A program made the translations under genes and the position numbers. The notes under the pieces are model-generated. The model had not been told where the DNA came from, did no database searches, and saw nothing but the letters and a program-made list of their open reading frames with translations. From positions 1 through 64,000 of the forward strand of contig NIVC01000658.1 in assembly GCA_002269645.1 (NCBI GenBank): 64,000 nt of DNA, given 5' to 3'. How positions within the stretch are numbered: the stretch's first letter is position 1; every line of letters begins with the position of its first letter. Source of the stretch: Macrostomum lignano. Its lineage: Eukaryota. This document shows positions 1-16,000 of this stretch, one piece after another.

Positions 1-395
1 TGGAAAAATTTTGAGGCAGATGTTTTTCGAAAAATACATTACGGGGAATAAAGGATTTCATTTTTCCGCTTTCTTATAGCTATATTCATAGTAAAAGAGC
101 CTTTTGCTGATAAAATTAAAATTCCATGTTAATTTTATATCTGACGTACAATCGTACATTTCCTGCTGCGAAAAATCATAGAATGGAGAAGCTCGATTCA
201 TTGGTTTTTATCAGGGACTTCTGCGATATACATTTACCATAGAAAGAAGGGACTGGATATTTATATCGCAGAAGTCGCTGCTTTAACATTGTATTTACCA
301 AAGACTAAGAAGTTAAAAAAATTACATAATTAACCTTCAATGAATTCCATGAGTTAGACAAAATAGGTTAATATTCCTTCAAATATGGTTTAGGC

Positions 396-488
396 CAAGA
401 CAACTTGATAACTCAGGACCGGAAACGAGCCAATTCATGGCAAAAAAAGTATGAGGCTCGTTTAAAAGCATTGTTCTGTGGCCCATCC
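396..488 (+). repeat. Left terminal inverted repeat of the P-like element
   Basis: ACAACTTGATAACTCAGGACCGGAAACGAGCC...GGCCCATCC is the reverse complement of 1917-2010 apart from about 4 differences. Confidence 0.92.
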
Positions 489-589
489 AAAGCTACGAAA
501 GCGAAGAGATCTGAGCTGAAAATTGAATTCTTCGCATGCACTTGCAATTGAGAGAGAGAGAACTTTTATTCTTGCTGAAACTAAATATC

Positions 590-1625
590 ATGCCGAGAAA
601 ATGCAGCGTCATTTTCTGTTGTGCAAACTACAATAGTAACCGTGATCGGAATGTTGGCAGTATTTTCGTTTCCTAAGGATGCAACTGAACGAGAGGCTTG
701 GCGGCTGTCACTGCCTAATCAACTGACGGTAAGACTTTCTTCAAATGTGCTTTGTGAATCAGATTTAGCCTGGCCACATGAATTCATTAACAATTTTGTT
801 GTTGTTTAGACCGTGACAGACTACATGGGCGTGTGTGCTAAGCACTGGCCTCAAGATGCACCAATGATAAAAAGGGAAGAAATGAAAGGCCGCTACATCC
901 ACCATCAGTTTTCGACGGAGTCCCGCAGTCCTGCCTCGTTCAAACACAAGGTTTGTGAAGGTTTTCTACTGCTTTAATTCAAATATTCGAGCGTATTTTG
1001 CACTTCATCAAATAGGGTCGAAACGAAACACTAAGATGCGTGCTTGGATATTGCAGTGCGTGCCAGTCGACAGGCTGAGGGAAGGGGCGTGCTGTTGTCC
1101 GAACGATGCCTTTTCCAAGATGAACTAGTAGAATTTCGAGAGCGTGACACGCTGCCATCGTGGACTGAATTCCGAGCATCCATTCACTGTTCAGACGTCA
1201 TCAAAGCACATCAGCTTATTGTTACCATTGTTCAAGAGGAGGTGTTTATCTTCTCGTTAAGCGCCAATGCCGAAATGGTTCTGCGAGTTTTCGTTTCACC
1301 AAACTATTCCGTGCGATGCTTTCGGTTACACTCACCAGTTGCGGTTCGAGATCTGCTTGGATTTCAACCAACATTAAAGTATTGGTCGCAACTTGAAGCT
1401 ATCATAAATCGTTGTAAAAACTCTACAGTGGACGTCGAAAGTGAGGTCGAAAGTCGAATTGTTTGCTGCCGTTAGCGAGTTTTACTTCCCTGAAGCAGAT
1501 GTTCTGGATGCTGCGTGCGCCTCACCAACTGTTTCTTCAAGGGTTATGTTCAACGAGGAGCAAAGAGCGCTCCTTCGTCGGATAAAGTGCACGATAGAAA
1601 AATACTGAAGCTGAGTGGACAGTGA
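590..1625 (+). pseudogene. THAP-domain P-element transposase remnant, catalytic core deleted, several frameshifts
   Basis: Across frames: MPRKCSVIFC (590), AVFSFPKDATEREAWRLSLPN, probable short intron (GTAAGA...TTTAG), TVTDYMGVCAKHW, PPSVFDGVPQSC give the THAP C-x4-C...FP...W...C-x2-H pattern; then ORF 1044-1475; from about 1455 a typical P-transposase C-terminus (RLTNCFFKGYVQ...KILKLSGQ stop). No RNase H-like DDE core present. Confidence 0.72.
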
Positions 1626-1916
1626 GCGAGCCTGGAGCAAACACTTCACTATTTACCATAGTCAGCTCTTGTCCCGTTCTGTGACTGTTATTTTCCTCTC
1701 TATTTGTAGTTCAGATGAAGAAGTATCGTAAATTTTTCTCGAGTTTCCTTATACATATACTGCATGTACAGCTTTCCCATTGTGTATTTTCACGACGTTT
1801 ATGTAATAAAAATATTCAACATTTAAGAAAACCGACCCTGCACCCGCCTTCTGACTGCCTATCAAAAATTAAAATATCATACGAGTATACACTGGCAACT
1901 GAAAGCATGCGCATAC

Positions 1917-2010
1917 GGATGGGCCATAGAACAATGCTTTTAAACGAGCCTCATACTTTTTTCGCCATGAATTGGCTCGTTTCCGGTCCTGAGTTATTAA
2001 GTTGTCCTTG
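1917..2010 (-). repeat. Right terminal inverted repeat of the P-like element
   Basis: GGATGGGCCATAGAACAATGC...GAGTTATTAAGTTGTCCTTG, inverted copy of 396-488. Confidence 0.92.
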
Positions 2011-2175
2011 GTTTAGGCACGAAGTTGAAAAGGCACTCACATAAGATAAAGAGCAGTGAGGTCGCTCAGTACATTAGCATTCTTAGGTTACAGACAATTC
2101 GAATAAGTCTAAATTGACTAACCGAACGAAAATTCGAGTCCATTCTCACTACTACGAGCGTAAACTAAGCGGAGT

Positions 2176-4378
2176 ATGGAGTTCGTCACGCTTCCAATGC
2201 ACGTGTGGCTCGATACGGACTTCTTCTCGGCCGATTGGACCATCGTGTTGAACTCGCAGAAGGCTTTCAGAGTAAACAGAAAAGTCCTGGCTCGCTACTC
2301 TCGCTATTTCTACAAGCTGTTCGCCTCTGCAATACGCGCTGCCCAGCCTGCCATGACTGCCGTGACCTATTCCGACCCGCTGGAATTCAGAAACCTGATG
2401 GCCTACCTTCACTACATAGATGAGCACCGAGACAGCGAGCGCGTGCCAACAGAAACTGATGCTGCTGATGACAGAATGAATGAGCAGTTCCTTGGGAATC
2501 TTATGCAGGACGCCGACCTACTCAAGAGACGACTCAGCTTGGCGAAGCACTTCGAGATACCCTTCCTGATTGACGCAATCGTGAGCACTGCGATCAAGAA
2601 GCTCAGTCCCTATAACTGCTGGATGGTGATGACTACAGCTGTTGATCCTGAGTGCACCTGCAAGCTTTTGTACGATTTCGCTAAGGATTTCATTCTGGAG
2701 CACTTTGTCGCTGCAACCGAACAGCCGCAGTTTGTTAAGCTGTGCTCGGGTGAACAGCTGTGCGAGCTGATTGACAGCAAGTACCTGAACGTGCCAGCCG
2801 AGATCGTCATCTTCGATGTCATTTGCCGGTGGATCGAGACGGAGCAGCTCGACCGTAGCAAGTACTTCTGTGACCTGGTTCGCCGAATGAGACACTTCAT
2901 GATAACTGACGCTCAGCTGCAGGAGATGTCCGCTCACCATCTGGCCAAAGCAGCAGAGTGGGAGTCCATACTGAGTACGTACTTCGGGAAAGACAGAACT
3001 GCAGACAGCAGAGAGAGGCAACGGAGCCGGCTTCCTCGCCAAGCTGCGTTCCTCTGCTGTGGAAGTGTCCCATATAATTTTGTTTCACGTGAACAAATTG
3101 TACAAGTGTTTAACCCGATACTGTCTGAGATGGTTGTTCACAGTAATTTCTCGCCGGCTACCAACTTCCGTACCATAGAGGCTGTCTGTCTGCATCTAGA
3201 CAACCTCGTGTATGTTATTGGTGGCGTAACTTGTAAGGACGAAGATTGTTTTAAAACGTCCGAGAAGTTCACATTTTTGATTTGCGACTTCGCATCTGGC
3301 GTCCGGGCACCCCGCTATCAAATTCCCGTACCCAAGCCTGCGGCTGTGTGTGCGACGGCTTGATCTACGTGATGGGCGGCACTAAGGAATTCAGTAAGTT
3401 CTTTAAGTTCAGATGCTCGTCCCTAGGCATTGTTGAGCAGTATAACCCAGCTACTGGCCTCTGGCGGCCGCGGCAGAATATGTTGGTAACTCGGGTTGGA
3501 GCCAGCGCTGCCAGTCTAAACGGCATGGTTTATGTGTGCATGGGAGCCTGGCACTCATCCATGGAGCGATACGACTGTCAGAATGACCAGTGGACTCTGC
3601 TGACTGCAACTCTGCCAGTCGAACTTGTTGGATTTGCTGTGAGTTCTAGTTGCTAATGCCAATAAGTATCATGTCATTTAATTGGCTAAATTGTTGTTTT
3701 AAGCATTGAACTGTTAAAATCAGACGACATAAGCCGGGGGAGAGCAGAGAAACGCAATGTAGCTACTTGAAAGCTTGTAGTACAAAACTATTGGAGTCGA
3801 AAATATGAAAGAATGATGAACGCGCCTACATGTACCTCTACCTGTACATGTTGATTGCATGTTAATGCCCACAAAAAACTGCTGTAGTTCGTAAATAAGC
3901 TGAAAAAACAAATGTTTGTTTGTTTGCCCGAAAACATTCACTTAAAAACATATCGTGCAATAAATGTCATGCCATTTCCAATGTTTATTTTCAGCTCGTG
4001 GCATTTGACAACTGTCTATACGCAATCGGGGGAGGGAAGCATCGAAAATCGATCGGAACTAAAGAGGTGTATTGCTACAACGCAGAGGAGCAGAGTTGGT
4101 CTAAGACGGCTCCACTGCTCGGCAAGCGCATGTATCATAGCGCAACAGTGTTGAATGATTATATATACGTGTTTGGTGGTAAAGCTGAGACTTTTGGAGG
4201 ACTGAGTCAAAAAGAAGCGCAATTGTCTGTTCAACGCTGGAATCCCAGCCAAGAATCCTGGACTTTGTGTAAACCTGCCAGTTGTACGAGTCCAGGTACG
4301 TTTGTCAGTGATCTCTGCTTCCTAGGCTGCTGCACTATCTCTGGGTGCGACTATATCGAGCCCCTTTTGAATCATTAG
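2176..4378 (+). CDS. BTB-BACK-Kelch protein, copy 1 (exons 2176-3638 and 3995-4378; apparent 2-nt frameshift near 3262)
   Basis: BTB (ADWTIVLNSQKAFRVNRKVLARYSRYFYKLF), BACK (NCW...FILEHF...LNVPAEIVIFDVICRW), Kelch GG..Y/W repeats (VYVIGG, IYVMGG, VEQYNP, IYVFGG). Phase-0 intron GTGAGT 3639 to TTTCAG 3994, same position as in copy 2. Confidence 0.85.
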
Positions 4379-5286
4379 TTCACTCGTCTCCGAGTTTGGC
4401 CCCATCGAGCTCGAAAGACCAACATAAAATTAATTTTGCGACCCCTGTGCTTGACGCAATCGTAGATTGCTTAGCAGCTTAGCTGAGTTTAAATAATGGT
4501 CGAAGAGAGCAGAGTATGCATTTTTGCCCCAGCACAGACGTCATTCATTACTCCACACTTAGTTCATGCTAATGCAAAGTTAAGGATGGATAAATAGATA
4601 ATGAAGGTGGGAAAGCAGTCGCATGATGAAATTTTTACATGGAATAACTGTAGAATGGGGGGCAACTGTCGAGCAATGGTGAAAACGCAATTGCTCCTGG
4701 GTGAAAGCAAATTGCGTATCAAATACAGTAAAACATGCTTCGCACACTTGTAACAGATTTCATTGACCAATATTTTTTGTTTATTCAAACAGTCTCTCAG
4801 CTTGTAAACCGTTTTTTCAATCACTATAATGTAGTCCTTTAGGTCGATAGACACAGCAATAAATTGTTTAAAAAACGGACGTCACACTTCAAACTGATAG
4901 AAATTTATGTGAAAGCTTGATTTTGCTTGAAGATGAACTGCTACAGTAAACCGGCAACCAGGGTCGCAGAAAATACACACGCGTCCTCGTGACAATGCCC
5001 TAACTGGGTAGGGGCAGAGGAGAGAGAGGACTGGCTGCACAGCCATGCTAAAACAATGGGGTTAGAAAAACCTGGGGTGAAAGGCGACGAATGGACAGCC
5101 AATAGGAGGGCACAGCGAGTAAGGACATTAGTATCTTGAGGGGATGAGAAAATCCCAGGAGCCAGATGTAAGAGTGGCTTTAGAGGTATAAGAAATCGAT
5201 ATTTGTGTGGGGTGGAGTTGCGCCTGAAGAATAAAAAGCGTGCAAGCTGATTGGCTGCAGGGTGAGGGAGATGCATTGTACAACTC

Positions 5287-5376
5287 GGGGTAGAGAGTTA
5301 AATGGTGTACGGTCAGGGGGTAGAGAGTTAAATGGTGTACGGTCAGGGGGTAGAGAGTTAAATGGTGTACGGTCAG
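5287..5376. repeat. 30-bp tandem repeat, 3 copies
   Basis: GGGGTAGAGAGTTAAATGGTGTACGGTCAG x3. Confidence 0.9.
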
Positions 5377-7368
5377 CAAGAGCAAAAAATAAGTTACGAA
5401 TGTGGAACAGGTGGGGAAGGTCACAGAGAGAGAGAGAGAGAGAAAGACAGAGCTGGAAACCGAGCAGCCAATCAGCGCGAGAGCAGATAAAGCATCATTG
5501 GGGCAGCTAAAGTACAGTACGGGCCAGGCCAATACATTCGATCACAAAGGAACGTCTCGGCTTGCTGGCTGATTGAAAACGGGTCCCTGTCGGGAGTCTC
5601 TCCGTTTCTCCCCCTGTTCTTTGCCACCCTTCTCCTAATTTTGCCCCAGCCTAACAGCTATCAGAATCAAAACAGATCTTTTTATTAGACGCAGGATTGT
5701 CTGCGCTCTGGCACAAATGAAGCGACATTGTCACACAACCGGCAAGAGGCATTACTGCCCATTCCGCCGACTCCCTTGAGAAGGCACACAAGCTTGCGGA
5801 CACGCGCTTGTAGAATGTTTATTGCCGTTCGCGGGATAAATTTTACGTAGGAGCTGAAAATTTGACTTTCTTAGAGTTAAAACTCCACCAGCACGGGAAT
5901 TTAAAAAATTGGACTCAAAACTTTTTTGTATCATTCGATATCGTTTACCGTCCGTGAGTATTTAGTAATCCCTGAGTGCAGCATGCACTACAGCAGACAA
6001 TGTTTAACGATATCATTTTTTATATTGTTGTCTTTAGAAAGCTATTACTCTTAAGCTAGAGGCCTAGCTTAACGCTAAGATTTATCTTCATCGAACAATT
6101 TTATTACAAATATATTGAATACATACTCAAGTGATTCAAAAACGAAAAAAACAAGCTTGGCTTGGTCTTAAAAAATGAAAATGAAACTTTCACTACACAG
6201 CTATATAAAATACAACAGAGTAACATGTTGTGCATCCTTAACTAAAGGAATGGTAATCTTCACTAACTCGTATCAAATGAAATTATTGATTTTGTGTAGA
6301 AAAAATATATAAAAAAAAATTTTTTTTTCGAGAAACTTGGCGTCCTAAAAAAATTACACGATCTTTGAATGCAACGTCATGCTATACTAAAGTGATCCTT
6401 GCTGAGACAGAAGCGCACACAGAAGACTGCAACCAGAAAGCGCCGATGCACTGATGCACGCGCAACAGAGCAGGTGTGCACTTCTCATGACAGGACAACC
6501 GACGCCAAGCCAGAACCTCGACAGCGCTGGCGCTATCATCCTCGGGCAACAGCGATGGGCCAGAAGCTTCAGCAGCCGCTGTTTTACTCTCTAGTCCGAA
6601 GCCCTGCGGCTGATGAACGGCTGTAGACCGAATGTCAGCCTGGCACACCCTGCCGCCAAGCAAGCTTGACGTACCCATTTCAGGTACAGTTGACTTATGC
6701 CGCTTATGTCATGTGCACTTAATAATGCGTCCAACAAATGAATGACTTCTTCCGAAGTGTGGCAGCTCACATAGGGTTATTCACATAGTTTTGAAGAGTT
6801 TCGGTTGACTCATACCATTTTTGTTATTCGATGTAATTGGAGTAAATAAAAGAGTTTGTATATAAAACTCGTCTGAGTCGACCGAAACGCATCACAACCT
6901 TGCAAAAAAACCTTGATGAGGGGTTCAATAGTCGATATTTGGCCAATCTTGTAGCTAAACCGTTTACGAGTAGTTTTACAATTGGATTGGATTGCCACAT
7001 TGCTCTTTATTGCTCAATTGAAGCGACGCTATTCACCGCAATTTGACTTTATCCGAAGTACCAACATTTCTGGGACTGACTTTCCGCTTCGTAGGCTGGT
7101 CCCAACCATGGAGGAAAGAATATCTTTCCTCCATGGTCCCAACGCTTTCTCATCTCACTTCCCAAACTTTTTGAGAGCGCAAAAAGTCTGTGGCCCAAGC
7201 AGAGGTTCTTAGCCAGATATACGAGACGAGTTCGTAAAGAAGTCTATGCAAAAATCACAAGCAGACTTGACACTAAGAAGGTAACACCATCTGCACGTGA
7301 CCTGCGTGCTAAGCGAATCTATTCATATTTATAAGAAAGGCACTACAGTAGAGCCAGCTATCCAGAGT

Positions 7369-11030
<3,662 letters not shown>

Positions 11031-11054
11031 TGCTCTAATCGAGTTTAAACGGGG

Positions 11055-11755
11055 ACAGAGAGGGGGAGAGAAAACGGGGATGGAGAAAGAGGGTAGAGAG
11101 AAAACGGGGATGGAGAAAGGGGGTAAAGAGAAAACGGGGATGGAGAAAGGGGGCAGAGAGAAAACGGGGATGGAGAAAGGGGTAGAGAGAAAACGGGGAT
11201 GGAGAAAGGGGGCAGAGAGAAAACGGGGATGGAGAAAGGGGGTAGAGAGAAAACGGGGATGGAGAAAGGGGGTAGAGAGAAAACGGGGATGGAGAAAGGG
11301 GGTAGAGAGAAAACGGGGATGGAGAAAGGGGGTAGAGAGAAAACGGGGATGGAGAAAGGGGGCAGAGAGAAAACGGGGATGGAGAAAGGGGGCAGAGAGA
11401 AAACGGGGATGGAGAAAGGGGGTAGAGAGAAAACGGGGATGGAGAAAGGGGGCAGAGAGAAAACGGGGATGGAGAAAGGGGGTAGAGAGAAAACGGGGAT
11501 GGAGAAAGGGGGCAGAGAGAAAACGGGGATGGAGAAAGGGGGCAGAGAGAAAACGGGGATGGAGAAAGGGGGTAGAGAGAAAACGGGGATGGAGAAAGGG
11601 GGTAGAGAGAAAACGGGGATGGAGAAAGGGGGTAGAGAGAAAACGGGGATGGAGAAAGGGGGTAGAGAGAAAACAGGGATGGAGAAAGGGGTAGAGAGAA
11701 AACGGGGATGGAGAAAGGGGTAGAGAGAAAACGGGGATGGAGAAAGGGGGTAGAG
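11055..11755. repeat. 30-bp purine-rich minisatellite
   Basis: Unit AGAGAGAAAACGGGGATGGAGAAAGGGGG(T/C), about 23 copies. Confidence 0.95.
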
Positions 11756-12010
11756 TAGCCCAGTGGTTATGGCACCTGACCGTAAACGGACAGACTGATG
11801 AAGAGGATTGGTGTTTGGTGCAGGAATTTGGAACGCAAAGCCGTCAGTCTCGCTCGCTGGTCAAGCAGTAAAAGCAAAAAGAACAATTGCGCCATAGACT
11901 ATATTTAATTCCCCCATTTAACTATTATCTGAACTAATTTATCTCCCCCATTTAACTAATGCTTTTGCTCAAAATCAAGGCACAAAGCGCCACTGCAACA
12001 GCGCACAACA

Positions 12011-12211
12011 ATGCTAGCATTTTTGCCAAGCGAGCTGTTTCTCTACCTGGAGCTGGGCCTGAACGTGGGCTTGCTGCTGGCACTGCAGTTTCTAGCCATC
12101 TTTGGCGTGCTCCGAATCGTTAATGAGTCCCTGTTCAGCAGCACTGCGGAGCAGGCCGAGCTGGTCTACTCTTACCGGATTCACTTCGACAGGCCGCTGT
12201 CTCAGGTGTGA
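12011..12211 (+). CDS. Putative 66-aa single-pass membrane microprotein
   Basis: ATG start, GC-rich third positions, one hydrophobic stretch (LGLNVGLLLALQFLAIFGVL), followed by AT-rich sequence with AATAAA. No family recognised. Confidence 0.3.
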   Translation: MLAFLPSELFLYLELGLNVGLLLALQFLAIFGVLRIVNESLFSSTAEQAELVYSYRIHFDRPLSQV

Positions 12212-12429
12212 CGCGGACAGTTGCTTTTTAATTTGATAATTTCCATGAAACTTTTCAATGTACATTTGGTTTGTACTTTGTACTCGAAACTGTCTCGCAC
12301 TTTATAACTTAATAAATTATACTTAGCATACATATCGTTATACAGTATGCTATGGAATAACAAAAGTGTAACTGACTATGCTTTGGCCGTAATAAAAGAT
12401 AGTTCTTTATTTGAGCCAGTTATTCAAGA

Positions 12430-12795
12430 GTGGTAGAGAGAGGGAGAGAGAGGGAGAGAGAGGGAGAGAGTGGGAGAGAGTGGGAGAGATTGGGAGAGAG
12501 CGGGAGAGAGCGGGAGAGGGCGGGAAAGAGAGGGAGAGAGCGGGAGAGAGCGGGAGAGAGCGGGAGAGAGCGGGAGAGAGCGGGAGAGAGCGGGAGAGAG
12601 CGGGAGAGAGCGGGAGAGAGCGGGAGAGAGCGGGAGAGAGCGGGAGAGAGCGGGAGAGAGCGGGAGAGAGCGGGAGAGAGCGGGAGAGAGAGAGGGAAAG
12701 AGAGGGAGAGAGCGGGAGAGAGAGGGAGAGAGCGGGAGAGAGCGGGAGAGAGCGGGAGAGAGCGGGAGAAAGTGGGAGAGAGCGGGAGAGAGTGA
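12430..12795. repeat. 10-bp GGGAGAGAGC tandem repeat
   Basis: Direct reading. Confidence 0.95.
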
Positions 12796-13016
12796 AGAGT
12801 TTGATCGGGTGGTGATCAGTCACTCGAAAACTCCCACTTCCAGACACTTAAGCCTGGGGACAAAATTCAGTGATCACTTACTGTTGCGGGCTCCTCTTCT
12901 TTTTTGGGCAGGTTCTCCGAGCTCGTTTCTTCAAGGCTTCTTCCTCCGGAGTAGTCTTCTTGAATTCTAAAATCGGCCGAACGTGAGAGCGTAACAGAAT
13001 CCGTAGACGTCGAAGT

Positions 13017-16000
13017 ATTCCTCGAGTGCCAAAATCAATATAATTCCTCGAATGCCAAAATCAATATAATTCCTCGAGTGCCAAAATCAATGTAATTCCT
13101 CGAGTGCCAAAATCAATGTAATTCCTCGAGTGCCAAAATCAATGTAATTCCTCGAGTGCCAAAATCAATGTAATTCCTCGAGTGCCAAAATCAATGTAAT
13201 TCCTCGAGTGTAATAATCAATATAATTCCTCGAGTGCCAAAATCAATATAATTCCTCGAATGCCAAAATCAATATAATTCCTCGAGTGTAAAAATCAATA
13301 TAATTCCTCGAGTGTAAAAATCAATATAATTCCTTGAGTGTAAAAATCAATATAATTCCTCGAGTGTAAAAATCAATGTAATTCCTCGAGTGCCAAAATC
13401 AATATAATTCCTCGAGTGTAAAAATCAATATAATTCCTCGAGTGTAAAAATCAATGTAATTCCTCGAGTGTAAAAATCAATATAATTCCTCGAGTGTAAA
13501 AATCAATGTAATTCCTCGAGTGTAAAAATCAATATAATTCCTCGAGTGCCAAAATCAATATAATTCCTCGAGTGCCAAAATCAATGTAATTCCTTGAGTG
13601 TAAAAATCAATATAATTACTCGAGTGTAAAAATCAATATACGAGTAATTCCTCGAGTGTAAAAATCAATATAATTCCTCGAGTGTAAAAATCAATGTAAT
13701 TCCTCGAGTGTAAAAATCAATATAATTCCTCGAGTGAAAAATCAATGCAATTCCTCGAGTGTAAAAATCAATATAATTCCTCCAGAGTAAAAATCAATGT
13801 AATTCCTTGAATGCCAAAATCAATATAATTCCTCGAATGCCAAAATCAATGTAATTCCTCGAGTGCCAAAATCAATATAATTCCTCGAATGCCAAAATCG
13901 ATATAATTCCTCGAATGCCAAAATAAATATAATTCCTCGAATGTAAAAATCAATATAATTCCTCAAGTGCCAAAATCAATGTAATTCCGTGAGTGCCAAA
14001 ATCAATATAATTCCTCGAATGCCAAAATCAATATAATTCCTCGAGTGTAAAAATCAATATAATTCCTCGAGTGCCAAAATCAATATAATTCCTCGAGTGT
14101 AAAAATCAATATAATTCCTCGAGTGCCAAAATCAATATAATTCCTCGAATGCCAAAATCAATATAATTCCTCGAGTGTAAAAATCAATATAATTCCTCGA
14201 GTGCCAAAATCAATATAATTCCTCGAGTGCCAAAATCAATATAATTCCTCGAGTGCCAAAATCAATATAATTCCTCGAGTGTAAAAATCAATATAATTCC
14301 TCGAGTGACAAAATCAATATAATTCCTCGAGTGCCAAAATCAATATAATTCCTCGAGTGCCAAACTCAATATAATTCCTCCAGTGCCAAAATCAATGTAA
14401 TTCCTCGAGTGCCAAAATCAATATAATTCCTCGAGTGCCAAAATCAATGTAATTCCTCGAGTGCCAAAATCAATGTAATTCCTCGAGTGCCAAAATCAAT
14501 GTAATTCCTCGAGTGCCAAAATCAATATAATTCCTCGAATGCCAAAATCAATATAATTCCTCGAGTGTAAAATCAATATAATTCCTCGAGTGTAAAAATC
14601 AATATAATTCCTTGAGTGTAAAAATCAATATAATCTCTTGAGTGTAAAAATCAATATAATTCCTCCAGTGCCAAAATCAATATAATTCCTCGAGTGTAAA
14701 AATCAATATAATTCCTCGAGTGTAAAAATCAATGTAATTCCTCGAGTGTAAAAATCAATATAATTCCTCGAGTGTAAAAATCAATGTAATTCCTCGAGTG
14801 TAAAAATCAATATAATTCCTCGAGTGCCAAAATCAATATAATTCCTCGAGTGCCAAAATCAATGTAATTCCTTGAGTGTAAAAATCAATATAATTACTCG
14901 AGTGTAAAAATCAATATAATTCCTCGAGTGTAAAAATCAATATAATTCCTCGAGTGTAAAAATCAATATAATTCCTCGAGTGTAAAAATCAATGTAATTC
15001 CTCGAGTGTAAAAATCAATATAATTCCTCGAGTGTAAAAATCAATGTAATTCCTCGAGTGTAAAAATCAATATAATTCCTCGAGTGTAATAATCAATGTA
15101 ATTCCTTGAATGCCAAAATCAATATAATTCCTCGAATGCCAAAATCAATGTAATTCCTCGAGTGCCAAAATCAATATAATTCCTCGAGTGCCAAAATCAA
15201 TATAATTCCTCGAGTGCCAAAATCAATATAATTCCTCGAGTGTAAAAATCAATATAATTCCTCGAGTGCCAAATCAATATAATTCCTCGAGTGCCAAAAT
15301 CAATATAATTCCTCGAGTGCCAAAATCAATATAATTCCTCGAGTGTAAAAATCAATATAATTCCTCGAGTGCCAAAATCAATATAATTCCTTGAATGCCA
15401 AAATCAATATAATTCCTCGAATGCCAAAATCAATATAATTCCTCGAATGCAAAAATCAATATAATTCCTCGAGTGCCAAAATCAATATAATTCCTCGAGT
15501 GCCAAAATCAATATAATTCCTCGAGTGTAAAAATCAATATAATTCCTCGAGTGCCAAAATCAATGTAATTCCTCGAGTGCCAAAATCAATATAATTCCTC
15601 GAGTGCAAAATCAATATAATTCCTCGAGTGCCAAAATCAATATAATTCCTCGAGTGTAAAAATCAATATAATTCCTCGAGTGCCAAAATCAATGTAATTC
15701 CTCGAGTGTAAAAATCAATATAATTCCTCGAGTGTAAAAATCAATATAATTCCTCGAGTGTAAAAATCAATATAATTCCTCGAGTGTAAAAATCAATATA
15801 ATTCCTCGAGTGCCAAAATCAATGTAATTCCTCGAGTGTAAAAATCAATATAATTCCTCGAGTGTAAAAATCAATATAATTCCTCGAGTGTAAAAATCAA
15901 TATAATTCCTCGAGTGCCAAAATCAATATAATTCCTCGAGTGCCAAAATCAATGTAATTCCTCGAGTGTAAAAATCAATATAATTCCTCGAGTGTAAAAA

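Larger units (their letters stand above)
396..2010 (+). mobile_element. Internally deleted P-element superfamily (THAP/THAP9-type) DNA transposon, non-autonomous
   Basis: Ends CAAG...CTTG; about 93-bp terminal inverted repeats (396-488 vs 1917-2010, a few mismatches); 8-bp target-site duplication GTTTAGGC at 388-395 and 2011-2018; internal THAP and transposase C-terminal remnants. Confidence 0.88.

Noticed and set aside
2152-3088. Antisense and alternate-frame ORFs conserved in both Kelch copies (also 7309-8232)
   Set aside because: Shadows of the BTB-BACK coding sequence, conserved only because the DNA is nearly identical.
4434-4975. hAT-like terminal motifs TTTTGCGACCCCTG and CAGGGTCGCAG
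   Set aside because: They face outward rather than enclosing an element, and no TSD or partner ends were found.
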